Assembly: GCA_963663385.2 (NCBI GenBank)
Contig: CAXXXD010000004.1
Coordinates: 512,001 to 576,000, forward strand
Source of the DNA: Oceanispirochaeta sp.
GTDB taxonomy: Bacteria > Spirochaetota > Spirochaetia > DSM-2461
Reading direction: 5' to 3'
DNA: 64,000 bases
Numbering within the stretch: position 1 is the first letter of the stretch; every line of letters begins with the position of its first letter. Of the stretch, positions 31,068-41,963 are shown in pieces. The translations under genes and the position numbers were made by a program. A model generated the notes under the pieces. It saw only the letters and a list, made by a program, of their open reading frames with translations, ran no database searches and was not told where the DNA came from.

Positions 31068-31900
31068 AGCAGAAATCACCGGTTGAACGGATCCTGAGGG
31101 GGGTTGCCCTCTTCCTTTTTCTCCTGCTGGCTGTCGGCCCCCTTTACTGGATATTCATAACCAGTATCAAGGGTCCCAAAGAGATTTATACATGGCCCCT
31201 CCGCTACTGGCCCGAGTCTCCTACTCTGGACAGTTACCGGAAGCTTTTTTCCTTTTCCAGTTTCGGAAGGTATTTTATCAATTCCCTGACAGTTTCTCTC
31301 TGCGCATCTTTCGGCGCCATGGCTGTTTCTGTTTCCAGCGGTTTTGCCCTGAGCCGGTTCAAATCCAGAAGGGTTAAGGGGAATTTGCTCCTGGCTCTTT
31401 ATTTTACCCAGACCATCCCGACTTTTATTCTGATGGTTCCCCTTTTTACAACTCTTTCAAAGATGGGTCTGGTTAATAATCTGACCATTCTTGGATTTGT
31501 TTATATTGCTACTGTAGTAGCCTTCTCCACCATTATGGCCAAGAGTTTCTTCGACAGGATCCCCGCCAGTCTGGAAGAGGCTGCCATGATCGACGGCTGT
31601 TCCACTTTTCAGTCGCTTTTTCAGGTCATCCTTCCGGTCACGCTTCCCGGTATGGCTGCCCTGTTCAGTTTTGCTTTTATCAATATCTGGAATGAGCTTT
31701 TTCTGGCTGTTATGCTGCTCCTGTCCGATGACAAGATGACTGTTCCCGTTGCGCTGAACTCCTTTATCTCCAAGGCCGGTATCAGCTGGGATGTTATGAG
31801 CGCCGGAATTATTATTGCCCTTGTGCCGACCATGATTGTATTCGGGATCGGTCAGCGGTATATCGTTGCCGGGTTAACCGAAGGAAGTGTAAAAGGATAG
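31064..31900 (+). CDS. Carbohydrate ABC permease (MalG-type)
   Basis: LEEAAMIDGC, WNELF, GLTEGSVKG. Confidence 0.9.
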   Translation: MKQKSPVERILRGVALFLFLLLAVGPLYWIFITSIKGPKEIYTWPLRYWPESPTLDSYRKLFSFSSFGRYFINSLTVSLCASFGAMAVSVSSGFALSRFKSRRVKGNLLLALYFTQTIPTFILMVPLFTTLSKMGLVNNLTILGFVYIATVVAFSTIMAKSFFDRIPASLEEAAMIDGCSTFQSLFQVILPVTLPGMAALFSFAFINIWNELFLAVMLLLSDDKMTVPVALNSFISKAGISWDVMSAGIIIALVPTMIVFGIGQRYIVAGLTEGSVKG

Positions 31901-31902
31901 TT

Positions 31903-33075
31903 ATGACCGATAAAAATAAAAATCTCACCGCCATACTCCACCATCAGGGGGAGCAGGGGATGCCTTACGGGGCTGTAAGCCCACCCATTTTTCAAACCTC
32001 CATATTCTGTTATTCCAGTTTTGAGGAGTTTCAGGAAGCCCTGGCCGATGAGACAAAGAGCTACCTCTATACCAGAGGAAACAATCCGACAGTTAACCTG
32101 CTGGAGGAGAAGATCGCCGCCCTTGAAAAAGGGGAGAAAGCCAAACTGGTGGGATCCGGGGTGGCTGCCATGTCACTGGCCGTATCGGCCTACCTGAAGA
32201 CGGGTGATCATATTGTCGCCGTAGAAGACTGTTATTCCTGGACCCGCTACCTGGCGGATACCTACCTGAAGCGCTTCGGAATCGAATGCACCTATGTGGA
32301 AGGTACCAGAATCAGTGATTTTGAACAGGCCATCAGGCCCAATACCAGAATGATTATCCTGGAGAGTCCTACTACTTTCACATTTAAACTGCAGAACCTT
32401 AAGGACGTAGCGGATATGGCCAGATCCCGCGGCATAAAGACAGTTATTGATAATACATGGGCCACCCCTCTCTTTCAGAACCCCCTGGAGCTGGGGATTG
32501 ATCTTGTTACCCACTCCGTTTCCAAATATCTGGGTGGAAATTCTGATGTTGTGGGCGGTGTCATTATCGGGAGCGATAAGGATATACGGCACATCTTTAA
32601 TAATGAATTCCTTGTAAACGGTCCTGTCCCCGATCCCATGCTGGCCTGGCTTGTTATGAGGAGCATCCGAACCCTGCATGTCAGGATGCCTGTCCATTAT
32701 GATAACGCCAAAACCCTGACGGAATATCTGAGCCGGCATGCGAAGGTGGAGAGCGTCCTCTATCCATTCCTCCCGGAGTATCCTCAATATGATCTGGCCT
32801 GCCGCCAGATGAAAGGGGGCTCCGGTCTCTTCTCATTCCGGCTGAAAACCCGGGATATAGAAGATGTAAAGCGATTCACCAATTCCCTGAGGTACTTTAA
32901 AAAAGCTGTCAGCTGGGGAGGCTATGAGAGCCTTGTATTCCCTGCTGCTGTCAAATGGACAGACCCTTCCCTTATCCCGGAAGACAGGCTCTCTCTTATC
33001 CGCTGTCATGCAGGACTTGAGGACAGTTCTCTTCTGCTGGAAGATCTGGAACAGGCTCTGGACAGGGTAAACTGA
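31903..33075 (+). CDS. PLP-dependent Cys/Met-metabolism (trans-sulfuration family) lyase
   Basis: PPIFQTS, YTRGNNPT, DNTWATP, HSVSKYLGG (PLP lysine), SWGGYESL. Confidence 0.9.
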   Translation: MTDKNKNLTAILHHQGEQGMPYGAVSPPIFQTSIFCYSSFEEFQEALADETKSYLYTRGNNPTVNLLEEKIAALEKGEKAKLVGSGVAAMSLAVSAYLKTGDHIVAVEDCYSWTRYLADTYLKRFGIECTYVEGTRISDFEQAIRPNTRMIILESPTTFTFKLQNLKDVADMARSRGIKTVIDNTWATPLFQNPLELGIDLVTHSVSKYLGGNSDVVGGVIIGSDKDIRHIFNNEFLVNGPVPDPMLAWLVMRSIRTLHVRMPVHYDNAKTLTEYLSRHAKVESVLYPFLPEYPQYDLACRQMKGGSGLFSFRLKTRDIEDVKRFTNSLRYFKKAVSWGGYESLVFPAAVKWTDPSLIPEDRLSLIRCHAGLEDSSLLLEDLEQALDRVN

Positions 33076-36000
33076 TGCTTTATAAGAAGACGGAAGCCAG
33101 GATCAGGCAGTATTTGACTTTTCTGGATAAAAAAAAATATTCGTCCTGTTCAGACCTCAATAGAGTTCCTGTTCCTCCGGTAAATTGCTCTTATGCCGTC
33201 TGCCGTGAGATACACCGCGTCCCTCCCTCCGGGGAGGATTTGGACTGGCAGCCTCTAGGCAGCTTCCCTTTTCCCTGGGGAGCAGACCATGAAAGCTGGT
33301 GGTTTAAGTTCTCCTTTACCCTGCCTGATGACCTGGCGGGCAGGGAGCTCTTTCTGGAAGCGGATACGCAGACAGATACGCTTGTATTCATAGATGGAAC
33401 GCCCGAAGGGGCGGTCAACCCCTTTCATGGAAAGCTACGCCTCCCTTCAGAGATAACAGAAAGGGGATCGTTTGAGGTCGCTCTGGAAGCCTGGGCCGGG
33501 CATACTTTCCCCGGTTATCATCCCGACGACGGTCCCCGTGTTCTGACAACGGTTGCTGTCAGGCAGGAATCCTACCCTCTGTTTTTCAGAGAACCCCGTA
33601 TTCTGGTCCGGGAAGAGGATATTAACGGTCTGTATTATGATGCTTCTGTCCTGTTTGAAACAGCTGTTCTTCAGGAAGAGGGGAGTCTTCTCCGGTCAAG
33701 GATCTGCCGGGACCTTCATCAGGCCCTGCTGAAAATCGATTTTACAGCGGAACACACTGTTCTTATGGAACAGTGCCGGACCGCACGGGCCCGGATCGCT
33801 CCTCTGGTGCAACTTGAAAACGGAAGCCTGGCTCCCCGGATCTACTCTGTCGGGAATGCCCATCTCGACCATGCCTGGCTCTGGCCCATAGCGGAAACAT
33901 CCCGGAAATGCGCCCGGACCTGTGCCAATATGGTCTCTTATCTGGAGGAATTCCCGGACTTTCGTTTTCTCTTTTCCCAGCCGGTTCAGATGGAGGATCT
34001 GAAGAAAAACTATCCGGATATTTTTAAAAGGGTCCTGTCCGCCTATGAGCGAGGCCAGTGGGAACCCAATGGCGGGATGTGGGTGGAGGCTGACTGCAAC
34101 CTTTCCGGAGGAGAATCCCTGATCAGGCAGTTCCTTGTCGGCCGTCAGGCAACCCGTGAGCTGTTCGGCTATACGGGGGATGTCCTCTGGCTGCCCGATG
34201 TTTTCGGTTATACCGCCGGTATGCCTCAGATTCTGAAGGGATGCGGGATCGAACGATTCGTTACGAGTAAAATCAGCTGGAACGATACAACCCGTTTCCC
34301 CTATGACCTGTTCCGATGGGAGGGGATAGACGGGACAACCATACCGACTCACTTTATAACAACCGCCTATGAGGGGCGCAACAATCCCGCAGAAGCCAGG
34401 GCCGCCTGGGATAAACTTCAGCATAAGGACTACCAGTCTTCTCTGCTCCGTTCCATCGGAGAAGGGGACGGCGGCGGCGGTACAATGCGGTCCGATCTGG
34501 AGTATATGGGCAGGATGGGAGACCTCCAGGGGTGCCCGCAGAACAGCTGGGCCGGTCTTTCCGAATCCCTTAAGGCTATCTGTCCCGATCCGGAGGAACT
34601 GCCCCTCTACAGAGGGGAGCTCTACCTGGAGCTGCACAGGGGAACCTATACGACACAGGGGCGTATCAAGAGATTCAACCGGAAGCTGGAATATCTGCTC
34701 CGGGAGGTGGAACTGAAAGAGGTTCGTCTCCTCCTGGGGGGAGCCGCCGGCTCACCGGAGCTTCTTGAGACGCATAGGGCGAAACTTCAGGAATTCTGGA
34801 AATCCCTTCTGACCCTGCAGTTTCATGATATCCTGCCCGGATCGTCTGTACAGCAGGTCAATGAAGAAGCTCTGGAACAGATGGAATCTCTGGAGCAGGG
34901 GATCCGGTCGCTGGGGCAGGATGCCGATCGCTTCAAAAATCCCGCAGGGGAGGAAGCCGGTTTGGTTATTGGCAACTCTCTTCCCTGGGAACGGACCACT
35001 GCCGTTCGGGTTCCGGAAACCCTGATAAAAAAGGGTGTTTCCTTTCCCTGCCAGAAATTTATCTTACGGGATGGAACGGAGGAGTCTCTGGGGCTGGCCT
35101 CTCTTAAGGGGCTTGCTCTTGTTTCTCCTGAAAATGCCCTTCAGGATCCCCGGGTGTTGCCGGGACAAATCCATAGGACTGAAGATAGAATTGAAACCCC
35201 TTTCTATTCCCTGAAGCTGAACGGGAAGGGTGGTATCTCCTCTCTGATCCTGAAGGATTCGGATAGGGAGATGGTACTGCCGGGAAGTTCCCTTAATACT
35301 TTCTATACGGTGGAGGACCTCCCCGCCGGCTGGGATGCCTGGGATATTGAAGATGATTACAAACTGAAAGAGACACAGCCGGGGAAACTTGAAAGCCTGG
35401 AAGTCCTCTCCGAAGGAGAACTGTTTATCCAGATCCGGCAGACCCTGGCTATTGGTAAAGCTTCCCTTCTGACTCAGGATATGGTGATTTACAGGCACAG
35501 CCCCCGTATCGATTTTCATACGGCTGTGGACTGGCAGGAGCGGCATACCCTGTTGAGAGTTGATTTCCCCACCACCCTCAAGGGGCGGGATGCACTTTTT
35601 GATATCCCCTTCGGGTATATCCGCAGGGATACCCATGAGAACTCCCCCCGTAACCGGGCGCAATTTGAAGTCTGTGCCCATAAATGGGCTGCTGTAGGAG
35701 ATGCCAGAAGGCAGGCAGCCCTGCTGTCGGATTGTAAATACGGGTATCAGGTACGGGAGGGGCAGCTCTCCCTTACCCTGCTCCGTTCGCCGGAAGCCCC
35801 CGATCCTTCGGGAGACAGAGGCTTTCATGAGTTTACCTACTCCTTCCTTCCTCTGGATGGTCCGGATATCCGCTCTGTTGTCAGAGAAGGCTGGGACTTG
35901 AATATCCCCGCAGAAATTCACCCAGGTTATGAACAGGCTCCTTTATTTGAGTTTTCATCAGAAGATGTGATGGTGGAGTCTCTGAAAATAGGGGAGGACG

Positions 36001-36203
36001 GATGTTCTGTCGTGCTCCGTATATGGGAGATGACAGGCGCGGATCTGAAGCTGAGCCTGAAGACAAATCCCTCCTGTGGTTTTACAGGTTGGGAAGAGAC
36101 GAATCTGCTGGAAGACAGTCCTGGTGAGAAATATCCTGCAGATAATGCTATTGCTCTGGATTTTCACGGGTTCGAAATTAAAACACTGAAATTCTACTTA
36201 TAA
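33075..36203 (+). CDS. GH38 alpha-mannosidase
   Basis: GNAHLDHAWLW Zn site, WLPDVFGY nucleophile, GELYLELHRGTYT, QFHDILPGS; no signal peptide. Confidence 0.93.
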   Translation: MLYKKTEARIRQYLTFLDKKKYSSCSDLNRVPVPPVNCSYAVCREIHRVPPSGEDLDWQPLGSFPFPWGADHESWWFKFSFTLPDDLAGRELFLEADTQTDTLVFIDGTPEGAVNPFHGKLRLPSEITERGSFEVALEAWAGHTFPGYHPDDGPRVLTTVAVRQESYPLFFREPRILVREEDINGLYYDASVLFETAVLQEEGSLLRSRICRDLHQALLKIDFTAEHTVLMEQCRTARARIAPLVQLENGSLAPRIYSVGNAHLDHAWLWPIAETSRKCARTCANMVSYLEEFPDFRFLFSQPVQMEDLKKNYPDIFKRVLSAYERGQWEPNGGMWVEADCNLSGGESLIRQFLVGRQATRELFGYTGDVLWLPDVFGYTAGMPQILKGCGIERFVTSKISWNDTTRFPYDLFRWEGIDGTTIPTHFITTAYEGRNNPAEARAAWDKLQHKDYQSSLLRSIGEGDGGGGTMRSDLEYMGRMGDLQGCPQNSWAGLSESLKAICPDPEELPLYRGELYLELHRGTYTTQGRIKRFNRKLEYLLREVELKEVRLLLGGAAGSPELLETHRAKLQEFWKSLLTLQFHDILPGSSVQQVNEEALEQMESLEQGIRSLGQDADRFKNPAGEEAGLVIGNSLPWERTTAVRVPETLIKKGVSFPCQKFILRDGTEESLGLASLKGLALVSPENALQDPRVLPGQIHRTEDRIETPFYSLKLNGKGGISSLILKDSDREMVLPGSSLNTFYTVEDLPAGWDAWDIEDDYKLKETQPGKLESLEVLSEGELFIQIRQTLAIGKASLLTQDMVIYRHSPRIDFHTAVDWQERHTLLRVDFPTTLKGRDALFDIPFGYIRRDTHENSPRNRAQFEVCAHKWAAVGDARRQAALLSDCKYGYQVREGQLSLTLLRSPEAPDPSGDRGFHEFTYSFLPLDGPDIRSVVREGWDLNIPAEIHPGYEQAPLFEFSSEDVMVESLKIGEDGCSVVLRIWEMTGADLKLSLKTNPSCGFTGWEETNLLEDSPGEKYPADNAIALDFHGFEIKTLKFYL

Positions 36204-36212
36204 GAATAACTT

Positions 36213-36249
36213 GTCCCGGCGGTCGGGTTGTTAATCCGCCCGCCGGGAC
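36213..36249. terminator. GC-rich hairpin between convergent genes
   Basis: GTCCCGGCGG...CCGCCGGGAC. Confidence 0.7.
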
Positions 36250-36281
36250 CCTTTACGTAAATTTCTGTACTCTCCTGTAAA

Positions 36282-37208
36282 TCAATAGAACATATTGATC
36301 CCCATAATGGCCAGAACGGATACGACTGTGCTGAATGAGAGTGTATTGTTTACATAATTCAGATCATCCTTGTCATCCTGTTTCATGTAGATGGCCATCA
36401 CAAAGGGCGGAGGCAGGAGAAACATGGTTAGAAGGGCATATTCGTATATTTTCTCCAGGCCCATATACCTGCGGATAAAAAAGCGGCAGATGACAAGTCC
36501 CGATAAAAGGAGGAGTCCTTTTCTTATCAGTACGGTCTTAACCACAAGAGATATGCCCCCTTTATCAAAATGCATTTCATACCCGATCATAAGGGATATA
36601 AGGGGAACCGTTACTCCTCCCAGGAGGGACAGGAACTCTCCCAGGCTCTCCGTTAGGGGGGTGGCAGCTGTATAAGGTTTCAGCAGGCTGATGATCACTC
36701 CCGAAAATATAGCCAGGATAACAGGGGAAGTAAGAAATCCCTTTAACAGATCCAGTGGATGGCTGGCCCCTTCCTTCTCCTGAAGCAGGAGGGTCATCAG
36801 AACAAAAAAAACAAAAAGAATCTGGCCCAGATCCATTAAGGCAAATACGCCTATATGTTCCTGACCGTATAAGGATATAAAAAGGGCATAACCAAGCATC
36901 CCCATTTCAAATCCTCCCATCATAAAGGAAAAATAAGGGGTGGGAATTTTTAACAGTTTTGACGTTCCCCTGCCGAGTAGAATCATTGCTATACAGCAGA
37001 CAAATACCAGCAGGATAAGCTGAAGAAACCGGACTTCCAGTTCCAGAGAGGCAAAGGCCAGCAGCAGGAGAGCCGGAAGGGCCAGATTGGAAACCACTTT
37101 TTTAAAATCCCTGACAGATTCCTGTTTAAGAAAATGGATTCTTCTGAGAAAAAAACCGAGGATAAAAAAAAGGATGACAGGTAAAATGCTGAGAATTGTT
37201 GTATACAT
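36282..37208 (-). CDS. AEC (auxin efflux carrier) family transporter
   Basis: NLALPALL, GMLGYAL, TSPVILA, TVPLISLMIG; about 10 TM helices. Confidence 0.8.
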   Translation of the reverse strand: MYTTILSILPVILFFILGFFLRRIHFLKQESVRDFKKVVSNLALPALLLLAFASLELEVRFLQLILLVFVCCIAMILLGRGTSKLLKIPTPYFSFMMGGFEMGMLGYALFISLYGQEHIGVFALMDLGQILFVFFVLMTLLLQEKEGASHPLDLLKGFLTSPVILAIFSGVIISLLKPYTAATPLTESLGEFLSLLGGVTVPLISLMIGYEMHFDKGGISLVVKTVLIRKGLLLLSGLVICRFFIRRYMGLEKIYEYALLTMFLLPPPFVMAIYMKQDDKDDLNYVNNTLSFSTVVSVLAIMGINMFY

Positions 37209-37341
37209 AGGAAGCTCCTATAGATATTCTAAGAAATCCCTGTGAATTTACCATACCTTCCAACTTGAAATCCGGGTAAAAGGGCAGGATATAGTACAGT
37301 ATGAAGCGGGAAATAATGATTTTTGCGAGGATGGGATTACT

Positions 37342-37959
37342 TTGATCAGAAGATATTTTGTTCTACTTTTGATATGCACTGCCGGGGGGGGCATGCTGGC
37401 AGCCTCTTCTCCCGACCGTGTAAATGAACCGTTTCGAATCGGTCTTGTGGCCAACTACTATAACGAACCGGCTTTCAAACCCGGCGTTACTTTCGGGCTG
37501 GACTGGGAAATACCCCTATGGAATACCTGGGCTTTGGGACTGACTGCCCCGACAGCCGGGTATTTCTACTTTCCATACAATTACGAAGCCCTCTATTTCT
37601 ACCCGGAGTTTTCGCTGCGTCATACGGGAAAAAAGGGGTTCTACCTTGCATTGGGAGCCGGAGCCGGTCTGTCACTCAGTAGAAAAATTGTCCCTGTCTA
37701 CAATCTGGACGGCGAGGAGATCCAGGATGATTTCTCCGGTTCAGAGCAGCTGGTCCTTCTGGTTCAGGCCTATTTCGGTGTGGACTGTTCCCGGAGGGCA
37801 TCAGGGAGGCCCTACCGTTTATACGGTTCTCTTGGCTGGAAGGGGCTATATCCCTGCAATCTCGGTTTTCAGAACCAGCCGATGATACAGATCGGTGTAA
37901 ACTATAAGATAGGATCCCGGACTGACGGTTCCGGAGAGGAGAGCCCGAAGGATGAATAA
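37342..37959 (+). CDS. Exported hypothetical protein, possible small outer-membrane beta-barrel
   Basis: Signal-peptide-like N-terminus; alternating aromatic/Gly strands; IQIGVNY near C-terminus. Confidence 0.6.
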   Translation: MIRRYFVLLLICTAGGGMLAASSPDRVNEPFRIGLVANYYNEPAFKPGVTFGLDWEIPLWNTWALGLTAPTAGYFYFPYNYEALYFYPEFSLRHTGKKGFYLALGAGAGLSLSRKIVPVYNLDGEEIQDDFSGSEQLVLLVQAYFGVDCSRRASGRPYRLYGSLGWKGLYPCNLGFQNQPMIQIGVNYKIGSRTDGSGEESPKDE

Positions 37960-39040
37960 AAAACCGGGTATAACGGGATTAATAGCTCTTTTCCTCCTGA
38001 TCTCCTGCAGTGTAATCGGAGAGGATGAGGAGGTCTTCTATCTGAAAACGGATAACTCCTATCTGCCGGTCTATGTCCGGGGGAATCCGGATGCCCGGTC
38101 CTATATCATCTGGACCCATGGCGGGCCCGGTTCCTCGGGACTCTACTATGGAGATATTGAAGAGATCAGCGCACTGCATAAGGATTACAGGATTGTTTAC
38201 TGGGATCAGATGGGCTCCGGCGGTTCTACGGGAAATCCGGATAAAAGTGATTACACTGTGGAGGAATTCGCCCTGCATCAGGATGGCATAGTCAAGGCTG
38301 TTCTGAACCGGTATGATCCGGAGAACCTGTTTCTCCTCGGGCACTCCTGGGGCGGTTTTCTGGCCTCCTGGTATCTGATCGCCGAAGGAGATGAAGAACT
38401 GGCTTCAGAAAGGCAGGGGCGGTTTAACGGTGTGATCCTGCTGAATCCCGTGCTGGATATTTCCCGTTCCATCACAGATGGCATCAGTTATATCCGGGAT
38501 GATTATGCTCCTTCTCAGATAGAGACGGGACAAGATGTTGTAAAATGGGAAAGTGCTCTATTGTGGTACGAGAATCATGTCGACAATGGTCTTCTGATGG
38601 GCCGTGATGTTGCCACCCACTACCAGTATATCGAGGATGCCGGGGGGATGCTGGTTCAGAGAGACCGGAATGATGAACTTACGGCAGAACTGGCTCCCAA
38701 AATGCTTTTCTTTTCGGCTTTTCATTTTTACGATTACTACAATAATCAGAATACCATCCGGACCCATATGGATATTGCCGATAAGTCCCTGGCCCGGGAG
38801 GATGAACCGAATCTGTCATCCATTACTCTGCCCACTCTTTTTCTGGCCGGGCGGGATGATAAAATAGCCTTTGACTATATGAGTGAAGAGTGGTTTGACC
38901 TTTTGGGTTCCCACTCCGGAACTGCTGAGGAAAGGGCTGAATACTTTAAGATGTACGAGGACTGCGCTCATGCGGGATTTCTGGATGCGCCGGACCAGTT
39001 CCTGGAGGATGTCAGCGTTTTTATCGAGTCTCATCTCTAA
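37952..39040 (+). CDS. Alpha/beta-hydrolase lipoprotein (proline-iminopeptidase-like)
   Basis: Lipobox LISC, HGGPG, GHSWGG, GRDD, CAH. Confidence 0.85.
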   Translation: MNKKPGITGLIALFLLISCSVIGEDEEVFYLKTDNSYLPVYVRGNPDARSYIIWTHGGPGSSGLYYGDIEEISALHKDYRIVYWDQMGSGGSTGNPDKSDYTVEEFALHQDGIVKAVLNRYDPENLFLLGHSWGGFLASWYLIAEGDEELASERQGRFNGVILLNPVLDISRSITDGISYIRDDYAPSQIETGQDVVKWESALLWYENHVDNGLLMGRDVATHYQYIEDAGGMLVQRDRNDELTAELAPKMLFFSAFHFYDYYNNQNTIRTHMDIADKSLAREDEPNLSSITLPTLFLAGRDDKIAFDYMSEEWFDLLGSHSGTAEERAEYFKMYEDCAHAGFLDAPDQFLEDVSVFIESHL

Positions 39041-39164
39041 AAGGTATTTTTTATAACAGAATCAATTGAATCTTCCTTATCTTTCCCGTCTGCCGTATGG
39101 ATCATATCTGTTGAATAGGGTAGTGTTTCCTGACTCCCGAAAAGGAGCTGAAGGAAGTAAACAT

Positions 39165-40994
39165 ATGCCGCACAGGAACTCATATAATAAAGAATTACGG
39201 AATATTGCCATTATCGCCCATGTAGACCATGGGAAAACCACCCTTGTTGACTCAATGTTTAAACAGAGCGGTGTTTTCCGGGAAGGTCAGGAAACGGAAG
39301 AACGCCTGATGGACAATATGGATCTGGAACGGGAACGGGGGATAACCATTGCCGCCAAGAACTGTTCCATCCTCTGGAAAGGGGTAAAGGTTAATATCCT
39401 GGATACTCCGGGGCATGCGGATTTCGGCGGTGAAGTGGAAAGGGCTCTCTCCATGGTCGATGGGGTCGTTCTGCTGGTGGATGCCTCGGAAGGTCCTCTT
39501 CCCCAGACCCGTTTTGTATTGTCCAAGGCCCTTCAGGCCGGTTTGTCGGTTATTGTGGTAATAAACAAGATAGACAGGAGCGATGCCCGGCCCGAGGCCG
39601 TTCTCAGTGAGGTATACGATCTTCTGATCGATCTGGATGCCCATGAGGATCAGCTGGAATGCCCTGTCCTGTTTGCGGACGGCCGTGCGGGGATTGCCAA
39701 AAAGAACCTGGAAGATGAAGTGGATAACCTTCATGTCCTTCTTGATACGATAATTGATGAAGTTCCGCCTCCCTCCTACCACGATGCGGAACCCTTTCAG
39801 ATGCTGGTTACAGACCTCTCCTATTCGGATTATCTGGGGCGTCTGGCCATTGGTAAAGTGGTTCACGGCAGTGTTAAATCCCGGGATGCCCTGGTTTGTC
39901 TGAAGGAAGAGGGGAAGCAGGTCCCTCTGAATGTTTCAAAACTGCAGGTATATGAGGGAGCCACGGTCGCAGAGACCGATGAGGTCCTTCCGGGGGATAT
40001 CGTCGTACTGGCCGGGATTGAAGATGTTCATATAGGGGATACAATCTGTACCAAGGAAAATCCCAAGGCGCTGAAGCGTATTGCCGTGGATGAACCTACG
40101 GTTTCCATGCGTTTCGGCCCCAATACCTCCCCGACGCTGGGTCAGGAGGGGAAGTTTGTCCAGTCCAGTAAAATACGGGAGCGTCTGGAAAAGGAAACCA
40201 TGCTGAATGTTTCCATTAAAGTGGAGGAGAATCCCGAACGGGAAGGCTTCCTGGTTAAGGGCCGGGGAGAATTCCAGATGGTTATTCTGATTGAAACCAT
40301 GAGGCGGGAGGGATTTGAGCTCTGCGTAGGCCGTCCGGAAGTAATCTATCACTATAAAGACGGTAAAAAAATGGAACCCATCGAACACCTTTATGTGGAT
40401 TGTGAAGAGACCTTTACCGGTGTTGTTACAGAAAAACTCTCCAGGAAAAAAGGCCGCATGATCAGCTATGTGAATCATGAGCATGGACGGGTCCGGCTGG
40501 AATTCTCCGTTCCCTCCAGGGCTCTGATCGGTTATCGGGATGAGTTCCTTACAGATACAAGAGGGACAGGGATTATGAACTCCCTGATCTCCGGGTATGA
40601 GGAGTATCGGGGAGATTTTCCGGACAGGTTTACGGGCGCTCTGGTTTCAGACCGGTCCGGTGAAGCTGTACCCTACGCTCTGAATAACCTGGAACCCCGG
40701 GGAATCCTTTTTATTACCCCCGGCGAAACAGTGTATGAGGGAATGATCGTGGGGGAACACAACAGGGACAACGATCTGAATGTTAACCCCTGCAAGATGA
40801 AGAAACTGTCCAATGTCAGAGCAGCGGGAAAGGATGATGCGGTAGTACTGACTCCTGTTATCCCCATGACTCTGGAGAGGGCCATTCAGTTTATTCAGGA
40901 AGATGAACTGGTGGAAGTAACACCCAGGTCCATCCGCCTCAGAAAGGCTGTGCTATCCGCTACGGGACGAAAAGTTCTGGGAAAGAAGGTGTAG
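39165..40994 (+). CDS. typA: Translational GTPase TypA/BipA
   Basis: [45 protein letters not shown]. Confidence 0.97.
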   Translation: MPHRNSYNKELRNIAIIAHVDHGKTTLVDSMFKQSGVFREGQETEERLMDNMDLERERGITIAAKNCSILWKGVKVNILDTPGHADFGGEVERALSMVDGVVLLVDASEGPLPQTRFVLSKALQAGLSVIVVINKIDRSDARPEAVLSEVYDLLIDLDAHEDQLECPVLFADGRAGIAKKNLEDEVDNLHVLLDTIIDEVPPPSYHDAEPFQMLVTDLSYSDYLGRLAIGKVVHGSVKSRDALVCLKEEGKQVPLNVSKLQVYEGATVAETDEVLPGDIVVLAGIEDVHIGDTICTKENPKALKRIAVDEPTVSMRFGPNTSPTLGQEGKFVQSSKIRERLEKETMLNVSIKVEENPEREGFLVKGRGEFQMVILIETMRREGFELCVGRPEVIYHYKDGKKMEPIEHLYVDCEETFTGVVTEKLSRKKGRMISYVNHEHGRVRLEFSVPSRALIGYRDEFLTDTRGTGIMNSLISGYEEYRGDFPDRFTGALVSDRSGEAVPYALNNLEPRGILFITPGETVYEGMIVGEHNRDNDLNVNPCKMKKLSNVRAAGKDDAVVLTPVIPMTLERAIQFIQEDELVEVTPRSIRLRKAVLSATGRKVLGKKV

Positions 40995-41022
40995 GGATCC
41001 CTTATCCCCAGCCTTCTCCCTT

Positions 41023-41718
41023 TTATTTTCTTTCTCCATGAATATGGCGGGTATGGTGCATAAGGGCTATCACTTCATCAGCCTTATATGGTCCGCCGTG
41101 CCCGGTATAACAGGTTCCTGTTATCAGATGGAGCAGTTTCCCGTAGGATTCATCCAGATCTGACGTATTTTCCAGAAAATAGGGAGATCCGGCTCTTCCC
41201 TTTGGACCCGGCATCAGGGTATCTCCCAGGAGGGCTCTTCCGTCTTTCAGCAGAACAGAGAGGGAACAGGCTGTATGACCGGGTGTGGGGATGATCCTGC
41301 CGGAAATCCCATATGGATTCAAGTCGGTTTCGCTGCTGATAACAACTACCGGACGGCAGGGGGGTGTCTGCTGCTTTATAAATCCGGACAGGAAAACAAT
41401 ACTCCTGCCTATAGGGGATTCTGCGGTGACATCGTAACCCCGGCCGGATTCCAGAGCAGGAACGGCTGCTTCATGACAGAGAACGGGAGGATCACCGCAC
41501 AGCTCCAGAAAGGTATGAACCCCTCCGAAGTGATCAAAGTGCCCGTGTGTAACGACTATAAGGCGGACATCCCCGGGATTAAGGTCCCGGGAAGCGAATT
41601 CTTTCTTCAGTTTTCCGTCTTTCCACTTGAAACCGCAGTCCACAACGACCAGCCCGTTCTCCTCCAGAATATAACAGTTGGCGTATCCGTTTTTGAGATG
41701 GTGTACTTTTGTCTGCAT
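41023..41718 (-). CDS. Metallo-beta-lactamase-fold hydrolase
   Basis: THGHFDH, TPGHT, GD, GHG. Confidence 0.88.
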   Translation of the reverse strand: MQTKVHHLKNGYANCYILEENGLVVVDCGFKWKDGKLKKEFASRDLNPGDVRLIVVTHGHFDHFGGVHTFLELCGDPPVLCHEAAVPALESGRGYDVTAESPIGRSIVFLSGFIKQQTPPCRPVVVISSETDLNPYGISGRIIPTPGHTACSLSVLLKDGRALLGDTLMPGPKGRAGSPYFLENTSDLDESYGKLLHLITGTCYTGHGGPYKADEVIALMHHTRHIHGERK

Positions 41719-41963
41719 GTAAATCTCCCTCTTTATTTCATTTTAAACGAAGCTGTGAAACGAAACCATGATAAAAATCCTGTTTATTGGGGATGGTTTG
41801 TTGGGTACGGAGAGCGAACAATTCCAGAAAGAATCCGGCTGCCGGTTATGTATCGGGGGAATTCCGTCCTCCCTCCCGTCCCCTTTATAACACTCCCGGA
41901 TTGAGAAACTCCCGATTTCTATGGTAGAGTAGGTTGTACACAACAATATGCGGGAGAACCCTA

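Noticed and set aside
33696..35921. Long antisense ORFs (313 and 285 aa)
   Set aside because: Shadows of the GH38 gene; no motifs
41719..41963. 245-nt divergent intergenic region and 88-aa ORF; possible ncRNA
   Set aside because: No recognisable RNA family or strong structure; the ORF lacks support
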